Assembly (NCBI GenBank): GCA_014905635.1
Contig: CM026547.1
Location: forward strand, 1,674,001-1,738,000
Length of the DNA stretch: 64,000 nucleotides
Direction: 5' to 3'
From: Scenedesmus sp. PABB004
Taxonomy: Eukaryota
Made by a program: the position numbers and the translations under genes. Shown here in pieces: positions 35,143 through 48,486 of this stretch. The notes beneath the pieces were generated by a model that saw nothing but the letters and a program-made list of their open reading frames with translations, ran no database searches and was not told the DNA's origin. Position 1 is the stretch's first letter. Every line of letters begins with the position of its first letter.

Positions 35143-37980
35143 ATGCCACGCCCCATGCGGCGTGCGGTCGCTGTGCGCATGCGGACCTCGCCGCCGCCGC
35201 CGATGCACCGCAGTGCGGCGGCGGCGCTGCTGCGCGCGCTCGGCGATCGCGACGCGGACGCCACGACCTGGGCCGTACCTGCGCGCGGCCGCGGTGGTGT
35301 GCGAGCGCGCCGGGGAGCTGGTGAGCCGCTTCCACGAGCACGGCATCCAGCGCTCGGTCGTCCACAGCTGCATCGTGCCGCTGGTGACGCACGCGGTGTT
35401 TGCCGCCGAGCACGCGGAGCTGCCCGACACAGCGGCCGCGCTCACCGAGTCTGGTGCGACGGCACCCCTGCTGCCGCGGGCAGCGGCCAGCCGCAGCACC
35501 GCCAGCCGCAGCGCCGCCAGCCGCCAGCCGCAGCGCCGCCAGCCGCAGCGCCCGACTGACTCGCTGCCGCCGCCGTCGCCGCCGCTGCCAGGTCTGCTCT
35601 CCTCGCTCGCCGCCGGCATGGCGAGCCTGCTGCCCGTGCTGGCGCGCTGCGACCAGACCCTGGCGGAGGGCGGACTGACGCGGCAGCAGGGCAGGGAGGC
35701 GGAGGCCGCGAGCTTTGCAGGCTGGGCGCTGGCAACCGCGATGCTGGCGCTCTGGGTGGACGTCGCCTGGTGGGTGCAGGGCCGAGAGCAGGACGCGCCC
35801 GGCTGCTGGGCCCAGTGGCAGGCCGACCTGCTGGCGCCGACGCTGCAGCCGGCGGCGTCCCTCGCGATGGCCGCGCTGAGGCTGGCGAGCGACCGCGGCG
35901 CCGCGCACGAGAACGCCGCGATCGCCGCTTCGCACGCTGCGTACTTGGCCAGCATGTTCACGTCGATCTGGTCGCAGGAGCTCGAGCTCACCGAGGCGGC
36001 GTGGGCGCACAACGACTTCAGCGCCACTGTCGGTGGCGCGGTCGTTCACGTGCCGGACGGCCCGCCGCCGTGCGCGGTGCTCGAGGCCCTCAGCACGCCA
36101 GACGCGCGCCTGCTGGCGCTCGCAGCCGTCGGCTTTGCCGCCGAGCGCCTGCACGTCGAGCAGCGCGGCGTGTCGGCGGCGCTCGCGGCGGTGCAGGTCG
36201 CGGCGCCCGCAAGCCGCGCGGCGCGCAAGGCGGGCGGCGGCAGCAGCCGCGCGAGCAGCTGGTGGTGGCGCCGCACCACGCCCAGCTGCTGCGCGCGCTG
36301 GGCATCCCCGCGCCGGGCGCCAGCGGCAGGGACAAGGCCACGTCGTGCGCCAAGGAGCAGGCGATGTACGCGATGCGCGCCCTGACCCACCAGCTCGACC
36401 TGGAGCTCGACCTGCGGCTGGACGCACCGACGATCGGTCGAGCGGCGCGGCTGCGCCGCGGCACGCGCCCGCGCCTGCCGGCGGGGCGCGTCGTCAGCGG
36501 CGAGCTGCAGCTCGCGGCGCTGCCGGCGGTGCTCGAGCTGGTGCTGCTGCAGCCGGATGCGGACCTGGTCGACGTGGGGCTGATGCTGGCGCAGCGCCTG
36601 CTGGACGACCCCCGGCCCGACGGCGCCGGCGACCCGGCCCCCCTCCTGCCTGAGGTGCTGCGCTTCCTTGCGCCTGCCGTGCGCAGCGCCGGCGACTCCA
36701 TCGACCACTTGTGGGAGCGCATGGCGCGTCTGCTCATCCAGTGGGCGTGCGCCTGCCAGGGTGAGCAGTCAGCAGCTGGCGCTGCGGGCCGCGCCGCACC
36801 GCCGCCACTGCTGCGACGACTCGCCGCCGCCCTGCCGCCGTCGCTGGGCGCAGGCACGCCCGAGGCGTTTGAGCGCGCATTCGCGCCGCGCGTCGCTGCC
36901 GCCAGCTGCTTCAGCGTCGAGGCCTCGCTGCGGGCGATCCAGCAGGACTGGCGGCGCGTGTACTTTTACTTTCCGGGGGACAACCCTGCGCGCACCAAGC
37001 CGCCCGGCGAGAAGCCCACGGCGGTGCGGGTCGCTGTGCTGGCGGCGGCGGGCATGGCCGCCGCGGCCGAGGCCGCCGGCCCCGGCGGCAGCATCGGCGA
37101 GCTGGCCTCCTGCGCGGTCACGTGCGCCAAGGTCGTCGCCTCGTCGCTTGCCGCACGCAAGCGCGGCGGGCGCAGCGCCGCGGCGCACGTGGCGCTGGCG
37201 CTGGCGCTGGCGCGCTGGTGCACGGCAGCGGGCCGCGGCCAGGCCGCGGGCGCCACCAGCAGCGGCGGCAGCCGCGCGACGGCGACGGCGGCGCGGCAGG
37301 TCGCGGCCGTGCTGGCGCGGGCGCTGCGCCTGCTCGGCGCCGCTGCGCTCGCGCCGCCGGGCTTGCTGGGCTTCGAAGGCCAAGAGCGGGGCGTGATGCC
37401 CGCCAGGCGTGCTGCCGGCGTGGCCCACGGGGCTGCCGAGGCCGGCGAGCCTGAGGCCGGCAGCGAGCCGGCGACGCTGTGCCTGCCCACTGGCGCGCTT
37501 GCGACGTGCGCGGCCAGCGTGCGCTGGCTGTCCGCGCAGCTGCCGGCGCTCGTGGCCGCTGAGCCGGGCGCTGGCGCAGGAGGCTCCGCAGGCGCGGCCG
37601 CAGGCGGCACAGCACGGCGGGCGCCGGGCAGCAAGGAGCTGCGCAGGCTGCAGCTGCAGTGCCAGCAGACCCTGGCCGCGCTGGAGCGCGGCGACACCGC
37701 ACCCGCTGGCGAGGAGCCGGCCGGTGAGGAGGAGCTGCCCGGCGACGCGGCGGTGCTGCTGCGGGAGCTGGGCGAGGCGGCCGCCGCAGCCGTGCCGGCG
37801 CCGGGCGTGTGCAACAACGCCGCGTGTGTGAGCTTCAGCGGCGACACCGAGGCGCGCACGAGCAGCCGCTGCACGGGCTGCCGGGTGGCGTGCTTCTGCA
37901 GCCGCGAGTGCTTGACTGCCGCCTGGCCGCGCCACAAGCGCGCGTGCCAGCGCCTCGCGGCGGCGGCCAAGGCGGGCTGA
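35143..37980 (+). CDS. Ala-rich protein with C-terminal MYND-type zinc finger; start uncertain, apparent frameshifts near 35270 and 36245
   Basis: CNNAAC...RCTGCRVACFCSRECLTAAWPRHKRAC at 37809-37950. Confidence 0.7.
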
Positions 37981-38158
37981 GGCGGCGCGCGCGCGGGGGG
38001 CCGCCCAGCGCCGCGCGAGCGCGGGGGCAGAGCTTGGTGCAAGTTGCAGTTGCAATTGGCGCACCGCCGCCGCCGCCACAACTCGCCCGTCTGGTCCCGG
38101 CTCGCCGCCGCGCCGCGCGCGCGCGCCAGCGCCGCGCGCGCGCCCTCCGAGGGCCGCG

Positions 38159-40264
38159 TCACTCCCCCGGCGCCGCGTTGACGTCCCAGTCGTAGGCCCG
38201 GTGCTGCACCGCGATGCGGCCCGCGCCCGGGTCGGCCGCGAGCATCGCGCGCAGCGCGCCCGCGGGCGCGGGCGGCAGGAAGGGCAGCAGGAAGGCGAGG
38301 CGCTGCGCCTTGGTGTCCCCAAAGTCCGGGTAGTACCATGAGAATATCTTGCTCAGCACCACCTGAGGACCGCGCGCACGGCAGACAGGCAGAGCGCGGC
38401 CCGGGCGGGGCGGCGCGTGGGCTGGCGGCGCGGCGGCGGGGCGGGGCGGCGCGGCGCGCCTCCCGGGCGGCGGCGGGCGCACGCGCGGCGGCGCGCGCGC
38501 CTTGCTCGCGGCGGCGTCGACCTCCACGTCTGCCGCGACAAACGCCTCTGCCGCGGCCTGCAGGCCCTCTTCGAGCGTGTCGGGCGCGTAGAGCTTGATG
38601 GGCGGGCACGACTTGGCGCCGCACACGAGCGCAAAGTGGATGCGCGCGTCGAGCGGCGACACGACCTGCGCCGGCGGCGGCGGCGGCGGCGCGGCGCGCT
38701 CAGCCCGCCGGCCCCGGCGGTGCGGCGCGGCGGCGGCGGCGTGGCGGCGCGGCCGGCGGCGGCGCACGTGCTGCGCGCGCGGGTCGCCGCGCTTGAACGG
38801 CCCCGACGAGAGCCGCGGCAGGCGCAGCAGCATGCCGAGCGCGGACGCGGCGGGGCGGTTGCCGCGCAGGATGCCGTTCTCGAGGTCGTCCAGCACATAT
38901 TCGGAGCCGCCGATGTTGTAGCGCGCCGCCTGCGGCGCGGCGGCGGCGCGCGCGGGCCGCCGGCTCAAGAGCGTCGCCGCGGCGGCGGCATGGCATGCCC
39001 CCCCCCCCCCCCACACACACAGGGCGGCGGGGCGGACCTTTTGGAAGAAGCCGAGCCGCCCCGCCGCGCTGGCGTACTGCTGCGCGCCGTGCACGACGAG
39101 CGCGTGCACGACGAGCGCGTTATAGGTGTTGATCGCAAAGCACATCAGCTCCGCACGCGACAGCGGCGCCAGGTCGACCTGCGCGCGGGCGCGCGCGCCG
39201 CGGCGGCGGCGCGTGAGGCGCGCGCGCGGCGCGGCGCGTGCGCACGGCGCGGCGCGGCGCGGCGCGGCGCGGCGCGGCGCGGCGCGCACGCGCTGCAGCT
39301 CCGCCGTCGCGTCGACGTACGACCAAAAGTCTGGGTCGGCGCGCAGGCCGGCGTACGAGACGGCGCGGCCGTCGGCGCTGAGGTGGCGGTCGTACAGCGC
39401 GAGGATGCGGGCCCGCAGGCCCTCCGCGACCTGCTGCGCCGGCCGCGCGGGCGCGGGGCCCCACCAGTAGTGCGTGTTGAGCGGCGCGCCCCATGGCACG
39501 GCACCCGACGCCTCGGCGCGCAGGCCGTACCACGCCCCCGGCGCCACGCGCGCCACGTCGGCCGGCGCGGGCTGGGTCAACGAGAGCAGCGTGACCGCGT
39601 TGGCCGCCAGCAGCGCCGCGCTCGCGTCCGCACCCGCGCCCGCGCCGCCCAGCCGCGCGGACGCCCAGTCGAGCAGCGCCGCGCCGCTGAACGCGGGCGT
39701 GGGGCTGCCCGGGCGCGGCGCGCGGCGCAGGCCGCTGCCGGGCGCGGCGAGCGCGTCGAGCAGCTGCTGCAGCTCCGGCGCGAGCGCCGGCGCCGCCGGC
39801 GCCGCGCCCGCCGCGCCCGCCGCAGGCGCGGCCGCCGCGGCCGCGGCCGCCACCGCCGCTGCCAGCTCCGCGGGCAGCTGCCCGCCGCCCGGCGCGGCCA
39901 GCAGCTGCTGGAAGCGCCCGTCGCCGATGGCCGCGGTCAGCGCGTCGCTGCCGCCCACCAGCGCGCCGTTGACAAACACCTGCGGCACCGTGCGCTGCCC
40001 AGTCGCCGCCGCGAGCGCGGCGCGCAGCTCGGCGTTGCCCGACACGTCAACCTCCTGCGGCGCGCGTGCGCGCCGCGCGCGCCGTGAGCCGCCCGGAGCT
40101 GGGCGCAGCGCGAGCGCCAGCGCTGGCCACAGCTGCGCCCGCCGCCGCACATCGTAGCGCACGCCCGCGCCGCGCAGCGCCTCCTTGGCGGCGCGGCAGT
40201 AGGGGCACCCGGACGTGGTGAAGACCGTGACCGGCGGCGCAGCCGCGGGCGTCGCCGCCGCCAT
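38159..40264 (-). CDS. Glutaredoxin - (degenerate DEP) - DUF547 domain protein
   Basis: TTSGCPYCRAAK...TVPQVFVNG.LVGGSD (Grx); FAINTYNALVVH, LDDLENGILRGN, DARIHFALVCGAKSCPPI, LSKIFSWY..DFG, YDWDVN (DUF547). Confidence 0.88.
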   Translation of the reverse strand: MAAATPAAAPPVTVFTTSGCPYCRAAKEALRGAGVRYDVRRRAQLWPALALALRPAPGGSRRARRARAPQEVDVSGNAELRAALAAATGQRTVPQVFVNGALVGGSDALTAAIGDGRFQQLLAAPGGGQLPAELAAAVAAAAAAAAPAAGAAGAAPAAPALAPELQQLLDALAAPGSGLRRAPRPGSPTPAFSGAALLDWASARLGGAGAGADASAALLAANAVTLLSLTQPAPADVARVAPGAWYGLRAEASGAVPWGAPLNTHYWWGPAPARPAQQVAEGLRARILALYDRHLSADGRAVSYAGLRADPDFWSYVDATAELQRVRAAPRRAAPRRAAPCARAAPRARLTRRRRGARARAQVDLAPLSRAELMCFAINTYNALVVHALVVHGAQQYASAAGRLGFFQKVRPAALCVWGGGGACHAAAAATLLSRRPARAAAAPQAARYNIGGSEYVLDDLENGILRGNRPAASALGMLLRLPRLSSGPFKRGDPRAQHVRRRRPRRHAAAAAPHRRGRRAERAAPPPPPPAQVVSPLDARIHFALVCGAKSCPPIKLYAPDTLEEGLQAAAEAFVAADVEVDAAASKARAPPRVRPPPPGRRAAPPRPAAAPPAHAPPRPGRALPVCRARGPQVVLSKIFSWYYPDFGDTKAQRLAFLLPFLPPAPAGALRAMLAADPGAGRIAVQHRAYDWDVNAAPGE

Positions 40265-41042
40265 CGCGCCGCCGCGCTCGGCAGCGCGCGGCGGCGCCGC
40301 TGCTGCGCTGCGCGGCGGTGCCGCGCCCGCCCTCCGGCGAGTCGCTGCTGCGGTCTGGCCGGTCCGGGTCGTCGGCGCGTGGCGGTGGACGGCGGACGCG
40401 GCGCGTGGCGGGCGCTGGGCGTGCATCGGACGTGTGTGGAGAGCGCGTTGTGCCGCGTGCGCAGCGTGGAGCTACGAGCCGCGATCGTCGGCGTGGGACC
40501 GATGGCCAGGCGCGCTCGCTGAGGCATGTTACGCTGCGGGGTCACAGCTGCTGCCAGCGGTCGACGCCGGCAGCCTCCCGGCCCAGTCGGCCGCCGGCAT
40601 CGTCCTCCTCGCAGCGCCCCGCAGCGACGTCACGCCCGGGCGATCGGCGCTGCGATTCGACAGGTGACCCTGCTGCGCATCATCTGCAGCAGTCCAGCGC
40701 TCTCGGGCATCCCCCGAGCGCAGCGCCGGCACGCCAGGGCTCCACCAGGCCTGGCGTCGCGCCAGCCCCGCGCGCGCGGGCCAGCGAGCAGCGGGCGCAC
40801 CAGGACGGCCGGCAGCAGCAGCGCCTGCTCTCTGCCGGGCGCCTGCCGGGCGGGGAGGCACCGCCGCTGGGCCCCGCCGCGCGCTGCCGGTCAGGCCGCT
40901 CGATCGGCCGCCGCCGGAACCTCCCGCCGGGCAGCCGGCGCGCGGCGGCGCCCGCCAACCACCGCCGCCGCCGCCGCTGCCGCAGGCGACCGACCGCGCG
41001 GCCGCCCAGGCTCCACGCCGGCCGGCGGCGGCTGCGTGAGCG

Positions 41043-44000
41043 ATGCCGCTGCTCCATGGTGTCCTCCAGGTGGAGGTGCACCGCGCGACCGACCTGCCGA
41101 CCACGGCGCGCATCCAGGCGGTCGGGTTCATGAAGCGCTACGTGTGCTGCGGCATGCTGCCCGACCTCGCCGGCAGCGTCGACCCCTACCTCTGCCTCGA
41201 CGTCGGCGCGACGAGACGCCTGCGCACGCGCTTCATCCAGGTGGGCGCCCGCCGCGGCGAGCGGCGCCGCGCCGCGCCGCGCCCCCGCGCCGCGCCGCGC
41301 CGCGCCGCTCACCACTGCGGCGCCGCCCGCCCGCCCGCCTGTGTGCTTGCTTCGTCCAGGGCACGCACAACCCGGACTGGAACGAAAAGCATGAGGTCTA
41401 CGTGGCGGACGAGGCGGACACGCTGAAGGTGGAGGTCAAGGTGCGGCGGCGCGCGCGGGGCATGGACAGCCGCGGCGCAGCAGCGGGCGCCGCGGGCGCG
41501 GGCGGCGCCGGCGCTGGGCAGCAGCGGCGAGGGCAGCAGCAGCAACTGCTGCGGCGGCGGCAGCGGCGGCGGCGGCGGCAGCGGTAGTGGCGGGCGGCGG
41601 CAGCGGCCGGCGCGGCAGCGGGCGGGCTGGCTCGCGGCACGCTGCGGCGAGGCCGGCGCCGACGCTCGCGGTTGCGCGCGCCGGGCGCCGCAGGACGCGG
41701 ACGTCGTGGGCGCCGACTTTCTGGGGCAGGCGGTGATCCCTGTGGCGGAGATCATCGGCGGCAAGCCCTGGGACAAGTGGCTCGACCTCACAGACCTCCA
41801 GGTGCGCCGCCGCCGCGTGCGGGGGCTCGGCGCCGGCGCCGCGGCGGCGTGGCTGCGTCGCGCGGCCGTGCGGCGGGGGCGTCACACGCGGCCGCGCCGC
41901 TGCGCCGTAGGGCAAGCCCATGATGGGCAAGGACCACACCGGCGACCCCGTGCCCAGCCGCGTGCACATGAGCATCCTCTTCCAGCCCGTGGGCAGCGAG
42001 GTGCGCCGCGCGTCTCCAGGAGCCGCGCCCGGCCGGCCGGCGTGGCGCGGCGCTCGGCGCGCGCCGGGCGCCGCGCGCCCGCCGCCGCTCCCGGCGCCGC
42101 CGCGCGAGCGCGCGCCGCACACCGCGTACCGCGCGCGCACTTGCAGGACGCGGGGCTCAAGGCGGGCGAGGTGCCGCGCGTGTACTTCCCGCTGCGTGGC
42201 GGCAACCGCGTGACGCTCTACCACGACGCCGTGTGCACGCCGGGGCCGGTGCCGGGCGTGGAGGCGAGCGGCGGGCTGTACAGCGAGTCGAGCTGCTGGG
42301 ACGACCTCTACGCCGCCATCAACGACGCGCAGCGGTGCGCCGCGCCGCGCGCCGGCTGCACACGCGGGCCGCGCGGGCGCAGTGGCGGCCCCCGCGGCCC
42401 GCCGCCGCGTCGCGCCGCGCGGCCGCCCACTCCGCGACACCGCCCGCCGCTGCCGGCGCGTGCGGGCAGGTTCATCTGGATCACCGGCTGGAGCGTGTGG
42501 ACCTCCACGCAGCTGCAGCGCACGCCCGCGGCGGCGGCCGACTCGCCGACGCTCGGCGAGCTGCTGGTCGCCAAGGCGGCGGCGGGCGTGAACGTGCTGA
42601 TGCTGGTCTGGGACGACGCGACCAACAACTCCGGGTTGCACAGTGGCGTCATGGCCACACACGACCAGGAGACGCACGCATACTTCAAGGACACCGAGGT
42701 CACCTGCGTGCTCTGCCCCCGCCAGGGCGGCGACGAGGACAGCTACCTCCAGGCGCGCCGCCGGCGGCCGCCCGCGCGCTCGCCCGCGCGCGCGCGCCGC
42801 GTGGTGGGGCCCCGCGCACCGCGCCCCCCTCGGCCCTGCGCTCAGGCGCGGCGCGTGCCGCCGCCGCCGCCGCCGCCGGTGCCGCCGCCGCCGGTGCCGC
42901 CGCCGGGGAACGCAGAAGATGCAGCGCGGCAACATGTTCACGCACCACCAGAAGACGGTCATTCTGGACACGCCCATGCCCTCCGACCAGGTCACCGCCG
43001 GGCCCGACAGCCAGGCCTACACCAAGCGCGTCCTCGCGTTTGTCGGCGGCCTGGACCTCACCAACGGTGCGCAGCGCGACGAGGGCGCCGCGCCCGCCGC
43101 CGCCGGGCCGCCCGCCCCGCGCCTTGCGCCCGCCGACGCGCGCGCCGCCCTGCCCGCGCGTCTCGCGGGCGTCAGGCCGCTACGACTTCCACCACCACCC
43201 GCTGTTTGACACGTGCGCCGAGGGCGGCCCGCACGCGGCGGACCTGTACCAGGGCTGCATCGACGGTGCGCCACCAGCGACACCGCCACCGCCACCGCCT
43301 GCGCCCGCGGCAGCCCGCTGTGCGCGCCTGGCGGCCGCTCCCGCGCCGGCGCCCTGCGCTGACGGCCCCGCCCGCGGCGCGGCGCGCAGGCTTTGACTGC
43401 ACCAAGCCCGGCCCGCGCGAGCCGTGGCACGACATCCACGCCAAGGTCGAGGGCCCCGCGGCCATGGACGTGGCCATCAACTGTGCGCGGCCGCGGGCGG
43501 CGCGGCCGCGCGCCTGGGCGGCCGCGCGCGCGCGCGCGCCAGTGCTATGCACGCCCCCACGCCACCGCCGCTGCCGCCGCCGCGGGGTGCGCGTGCCGTG
43601 CCGCAGTCATGGAGCGGTGGATCAAGCAGGCGCCCAAGCTGGACCTGCACAAGCTGAGCTCGATCGACGACCACGGCGACATCCTGCTGCCCGAGGTGCT
43701 GCGCATGTTTGCGGTGCGCGCCCGACCTCGCCGCCCGCGCGGCCGCCCGCCCGCACGGCCGCCCGGCCGCCGCGCCGCCGCCGCCCGCGCGCGCGCCGCC
43801 GCGCGCCCACCCGCACCCGCACCCCCCTCCCCCGCGCCGCGCAGTCCAAGCGCGCGCAGGTGAAGGGTCGCGTGAAGGGCCACATCGACCTGCGCATGGA
43901 GGTCATTAAGTCCCACGACCAGGAGGTGGAGCTGCGCGACGTGCCGCCCGGTGAGCGCTGGGAGGTGCAGCTCTTCCGCACGATCGACTCCGACTCGGCC

Positions 44001-45965
44001 GCCGGCTTCCCCGGGTCGTCCGAGGGCGCGTTCGAGGCGGGGCTCAGCGTCGGCAAGGGCAAGGTGCGGCGCCGCGCCCCGCGCCCGCCGCGCCGGCGCG
44101 TCCGCGCCAGGCCTGTGCACGACCACCGGCCGACCACGCCGCCGCCGCCGCTGTGCGTCTGCGTGTGTGTGTGTGTGTGACTCTCTCTCCCTGGTGGTGC
44201 CGCCGTCACCATCAGATCGTGGACGCGAGCATCCACCGCGCCTACATCAACCTCATCCGCCGCGCCAAGCGCTACCTCTACCTGGAGAACCAGTACTTCC
44301 TCGGCAGCAGGCGCGCCACGCACACACCGCGGGGCGCGCGCGCGCGGCTGGCACAGCCCTGCGCGCCTCGCTCACGGGCTGCGCGTCGAGAGCGGGGCCG
44401 GCGCGCCGCGCGCCGCGGCCCGCGTGACCGTGCTGCCGCCGCCGCTTGCGCCGCCGCAGCCACCTGTGGGACAGCGACCAGGACAGCAACTGCATCAACC
44501 TCGTGCCCGCCGAGATCGCGCTCAAGATCTGCGCCAAGATCAAGGCGCGCCGCCGCCGCAGCGGGCGCGCCCGCGCCGCCGCCGCCGCGCCCGCGCCGCC
44601 CCAAACCCTAAAGTGCGCCCGCCGCCGCGCGCCGCGTGCCGCGCAGGCGGGCGAGCCGTTCTGCGTGTACGTCGTGATCCCGATGTACCCGGAGGGCATC
44701 CCCACGAGCGGCAGCGTGCAGGCGATCCTGCACTATGAGACCAAGACGCGGCAGATGATGTACAAGAGAATCGCCGCGGCGATCGAGGAGGCGGGCCTGA
44801 AGGGCCAGGCGCACCCGCAGGACTACCTGCAGTTCTTCTGCCTCGGCAAGCGCGAGGCGGAGCCCGTGTGCGAGGTGACGCGCCCGCGCGCGCGCTGCTG
44901 CGGGGAGCGGCGGGGCCGCCGTGCGGCGGGGCCGCCGCGCGGCCGGCGCTGAACCCTGCCTCTGCTCTGACTGCCTGCCCGCCGGCGCGCGGCGCAGCTG
45001 CCGGCCGACGGCGAGGTGCCGCAGGTGACGGCGGAGGGCGGCGACGGCTGGGTGCCGATGGCCAACGGCGGCGACCTCGCGGCCGCGGCCGCCGACGCCG
45101 CGGCGGCGCCGCCCGGCGGGGACGTCGCGCGCGCGCCCAGCCGCGCGGCGAGCCGGCGCGACCTCACCACCTGCCAGGCGCGCGCCACGGCGGCGCGGCG
45201 GTTCATGATCTACGTCCACAGGCGCGCCGCGCAGCGCGCCGCGCAGCGCGCCGCGCAGCGCGCCGCACGGCGCTGCCACGCCGCGCCGCCGTGCCGCGCT
45301 GCCGCGCACCGCCGCGGCCGGCGGGCCAGGCCGACGCTGGCCGCCGCTGGCCGCCGCTGCCGCAATTGCGTCGTCGCAGCAAGCTGATGATCGTTGACGA
45401 CGAGTACGTGGTCGTGGGCAGCGCCAACATCAACCAGCGCTCCCTCGACGGCAAGCGCGACAGCGAGATCTGCATCGGCGCCTTCCAGTCGGGCCACACG
45501 CTCGGCAGCGCGGGGGGCCCGCTGCCGCGCGGCCAGGTCGCGGGCTTCCGCAAGGTGCTCTGGGGGGAGCACGTCAAGGTGCGGCCCGCGCCGCCGCGCC
45601 GGCGTGGAGGCTCCCATGGGGAGCGCGCAGGGCGCGGCGCCGCGCGGCGCGGGCAGAGCGCGCAGGGCGGGCGGCGGCGCGCGGCTGCTCACGCGCGCGC
45701 CGCGCAGGACCTGCCGGCCGAGGCGGACGACCCGAGCGACGTGCGCTGCATGCGCCTGCTCTCGCGGCTGGGCGCCGAGAACTGGGCGGCGTACGTCGGC
45801 CCCGACAACGAGCCGCTGCCGCACGGGCACCTCATGACCTACCCCACCTGGTGCGACGCCGACGGCAACGTGGGCCCCCTGCCCGACTGCGAGGAGGTCC
45901 CCGACCTGGGCGGCAAGATCACGGGCACAAAGAGCATGATGTTGCCGCCCATCCTCACCACCTGA
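41043..45965 (+). CDS. PLD: C2-domain phospholipase D (plant PLD alpha/delta-like), many exons
   Basis: LLHGVLQVEV, DPY, NPDWNE (C2 domain); IWITGWSV, LVWDD, THHQKTVILD (HKD1), FVGGLDL.NGRYD, PREPWHDIH, LYLENQYFLG, IYVHS|KLMIVDD (HKD2), GSANINQRSLDG.RDSEI, LPPILTT-TGA. Confidence 0.93.
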
Positions 45966-46909
45966 GCGCCGCCGCGCGCGGCGGCGGCACGGGTGCGTGC
46001 GGGGGCCGGGGCGGGTGCGGGGGGGGGGGGGGGGGGGGCGCAGCAGCGGCCGGCGGCCCTTGGACAGCCCTCTGACTGGCCGCCGGCCCGCATCGCGCGT
46101 GACGGGAAGCAAGGAATGAGGTGATGGGGTGTGGCGGCGCCCGTCGCTGCCCGGCCCCGCCCAAGCGCGGCGGGCAGCGCGGCGGGCGGGGCGCTGTGCT
46201 GGGCCTTGTGTTGGCGTTGACGTGCGTGTGTCAGGCCCCGGCGGCCGGCACGGGGCGACTGAACTTGGGCGCGCGCCTGCGGCGTGGTGGCTGTTTCGTG
46301 AACCCCGGGGCGGGGGGTGGGACGTCGACGCTTGCGGCGGCGCCTCACGGGCCGCCTGCTCCCTAGTCCGCTGCGTGCGCGGCGCCCGCCTGGTGCTCAC
46401 GGCGCCCAGCTCTCTTGCATTGCCTTTGCCTTGCCGCCAGAGAGAGCAACAGCACTGGGTCAAGCTGGCACCGCTGCACATGCCGCCCGCGAGCGGCTGG
46501 CAACAGCGGCGGCGCCGCGCGCGCTCGCGTGCCGCTCGGCCAGCTGGGCCGCGCGCCGCGCTGCAACCTGCTCGCCAGTTCACACCAGCGCTGCAGCGCG
46601 CGCGGCGGGCCGTCACGGCACCAGCGGTGGCGGCGGCCGCACCGGCGGCGCCCGCTGGCGAGCGAGCGCACGGCCTGGGTGCTGCCCCGCCGGGCGCGCC
46701 GCGCCGCCCAGGCTCCGCTCTCGGCAGATCGAGCGTTTGGCGGCTGCGAGCAACCGCCAATGGTGCACGCTGCCGACAATGATCGGATCTCGGGCCGGAG
46801 GGCTCAGCATGCCTTGACTCGCGCACACAAGCTGCTGGCGCCCGCCCCGCCCGCGTTGGACTCACCGCCAGCCCCCGCACCTCCCCCGAGCCACAGCAGC
46901 CGCAGCACC

Positions 46910-48486
46910 ATGGCCCTGGCCGCGAAGTCCTTCACGCGGGTCTCCGCCCGCAGCGGCCGCGTGGCCAGCCGCGCCCGCGTGGCCAGCCGCGTGGTGTGCG
47001 CCGCCGGCCGCCCCACCTGGCTGCCCAACCTGAGCCCGCCCAAGCACCTGGACGGCTCGCTCGCGGGCGACTTCGGTGCGGCATCACGCCGCCCTCCCCG
47101 CGCCCTGGCGTCCCGGATCCCCCGCCTCATGCGCGCCCCGACCGCCCCGCCGCAGGCTTCGACCCCCTGGGCCTGGGCGCCGACCCGGCGCGCCTCAAGT
47201 GGTGAGCGGCGGCGCGCGCAGCGGCGCAGCAGCAGCGCGGGGCGGAGCCGTGCGGCACGCGCGCACGGCGCAGCGGCAGGCCGCGCAGCGGCGGGAGCGC
47301 AGCCGCCCGAGGGCCAGGGGGGCAGCCGGGCGAGGGCCGCGCCGGCGCGGCAGCCGGCGGCGCGCGGCGGTCGCGCGCGCGCTGCGCGCCGGCCGCGGCG
47401 CCGATCGCAGCGGATCTGGCGCGATCGGCCGCCGGCGGGCGCGGCAGCGCGCCCAGACCGGCCAGCGACAGCAGCCGCAGCGCTGCCCGGCGCGACAACG
47501 GGCCGCGCCGCGCGGCGGGGACGCAGCCCCGGCAGCACGGCCGCGGGGCAGCAGCAGAGCGGCGGCGGCAGCTGGCGGCGTCGGCGCAGCGCTGCGCGGC
47601 CGGAGCAGCGGCGGCGCCCGGCGCTGACGGCGATGCCGCCGCGTGTGCGCCCGCCTGCGTCAGGTATGCCGAGGCCGAGAAGACCAACGGCCGCTGGGCG
47701 ATGATGGCTGTGGTCGGCATCCTGGGCACCGAGCTGCTGGGCGTGCAGCCCGCGTGGTGGGAGGCGGGCGCCAAGGACTACGGCGTGCCCATGGCGCCCC
47801 TCACGGCCATGGAGTTCCTGGTGCGTGGCGCGGCGCGGCGGGGCCGGCGCACGGCGGCAGTCGGCCGTGCGCGGCGACCGACGGCGGCAGGGCAGCGCGC
47901 CCGCGCGCCCGCGGCCGGGCGCGCAGCGGCGCCGCCTCATGCCGCTGCCGCCCCGCCCGCCAGATCATGGGCTTCCTTGAGACCAAGAGGTACCAGGGCT
48001 TCAAGGAGACCGGCACCGTGAGCGCCGCGCGCAGACGCGGCCGCGGCCGCAGCCGCAGGAGGCGCCCGCGCGGCCGCGGGCCGGGCGCGCCGCGTCACTT
48101 GCGCGCGCGCCGACGCGGCGCCGCCCGCCGCCGCCGCGGGCGCAGTCTGGCTTCATCAACCAGTTCCCCTTTGACCCCGCGGGCATGAACAGCAAGGACA
48201 TGGCCGTGAAGGAGCTCAAGAACGGCCGCCTCGCCATGGTGCGCGCCGCGCCGCCCGCCCGCTCTGCCCGCGCCGCCGTCCTGCAAGCCCGCCAGAGCGC
48301 GCGCGCGCCTGACCGCGCCGCCGCGCCGCGCCTGCGCCCGCGCGCCAGGTTGCGTTCATCGGCTTTGCCGTGCAGGCCCTCGTCAGCCGCACGGGCCCGC
48401 TGGAGGGCCTCGGCAAGCACCTGAGCAACCCCGGCTACAACATCACCTACACGCTCACCCACCTCCAGGACGTCAACACCTACTAA
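46910..48486 (+). CDS. LHCA9: Photosystem I light-harvesting chlorophyll a/b protein, Lhca9 type, 6 exons
   Basis: RPTWLP..PPKHLDGSLAGDFGFDPLGLG, KWYAEAEKTNGRWAMMAV, KRYQGFKETGTSGFINQFPFDPAGMNS, KELKNGRLAM, NITYTLTHL. Confidence 0.9.

Noticed and set aside
44603..44612. AAACCCTAAA telomere-like motif in a PLD intron, and AGGGTTTAGG at 63619-63628
   Set aside because: Single isolated copies, not arrays and not in a promoter context.
45966..46900. ORFs between PLD and LHCA9
   Set aside because: No coding codon bias or motifs; consistent with a 3'UTR plus the LHCA9 promoter.
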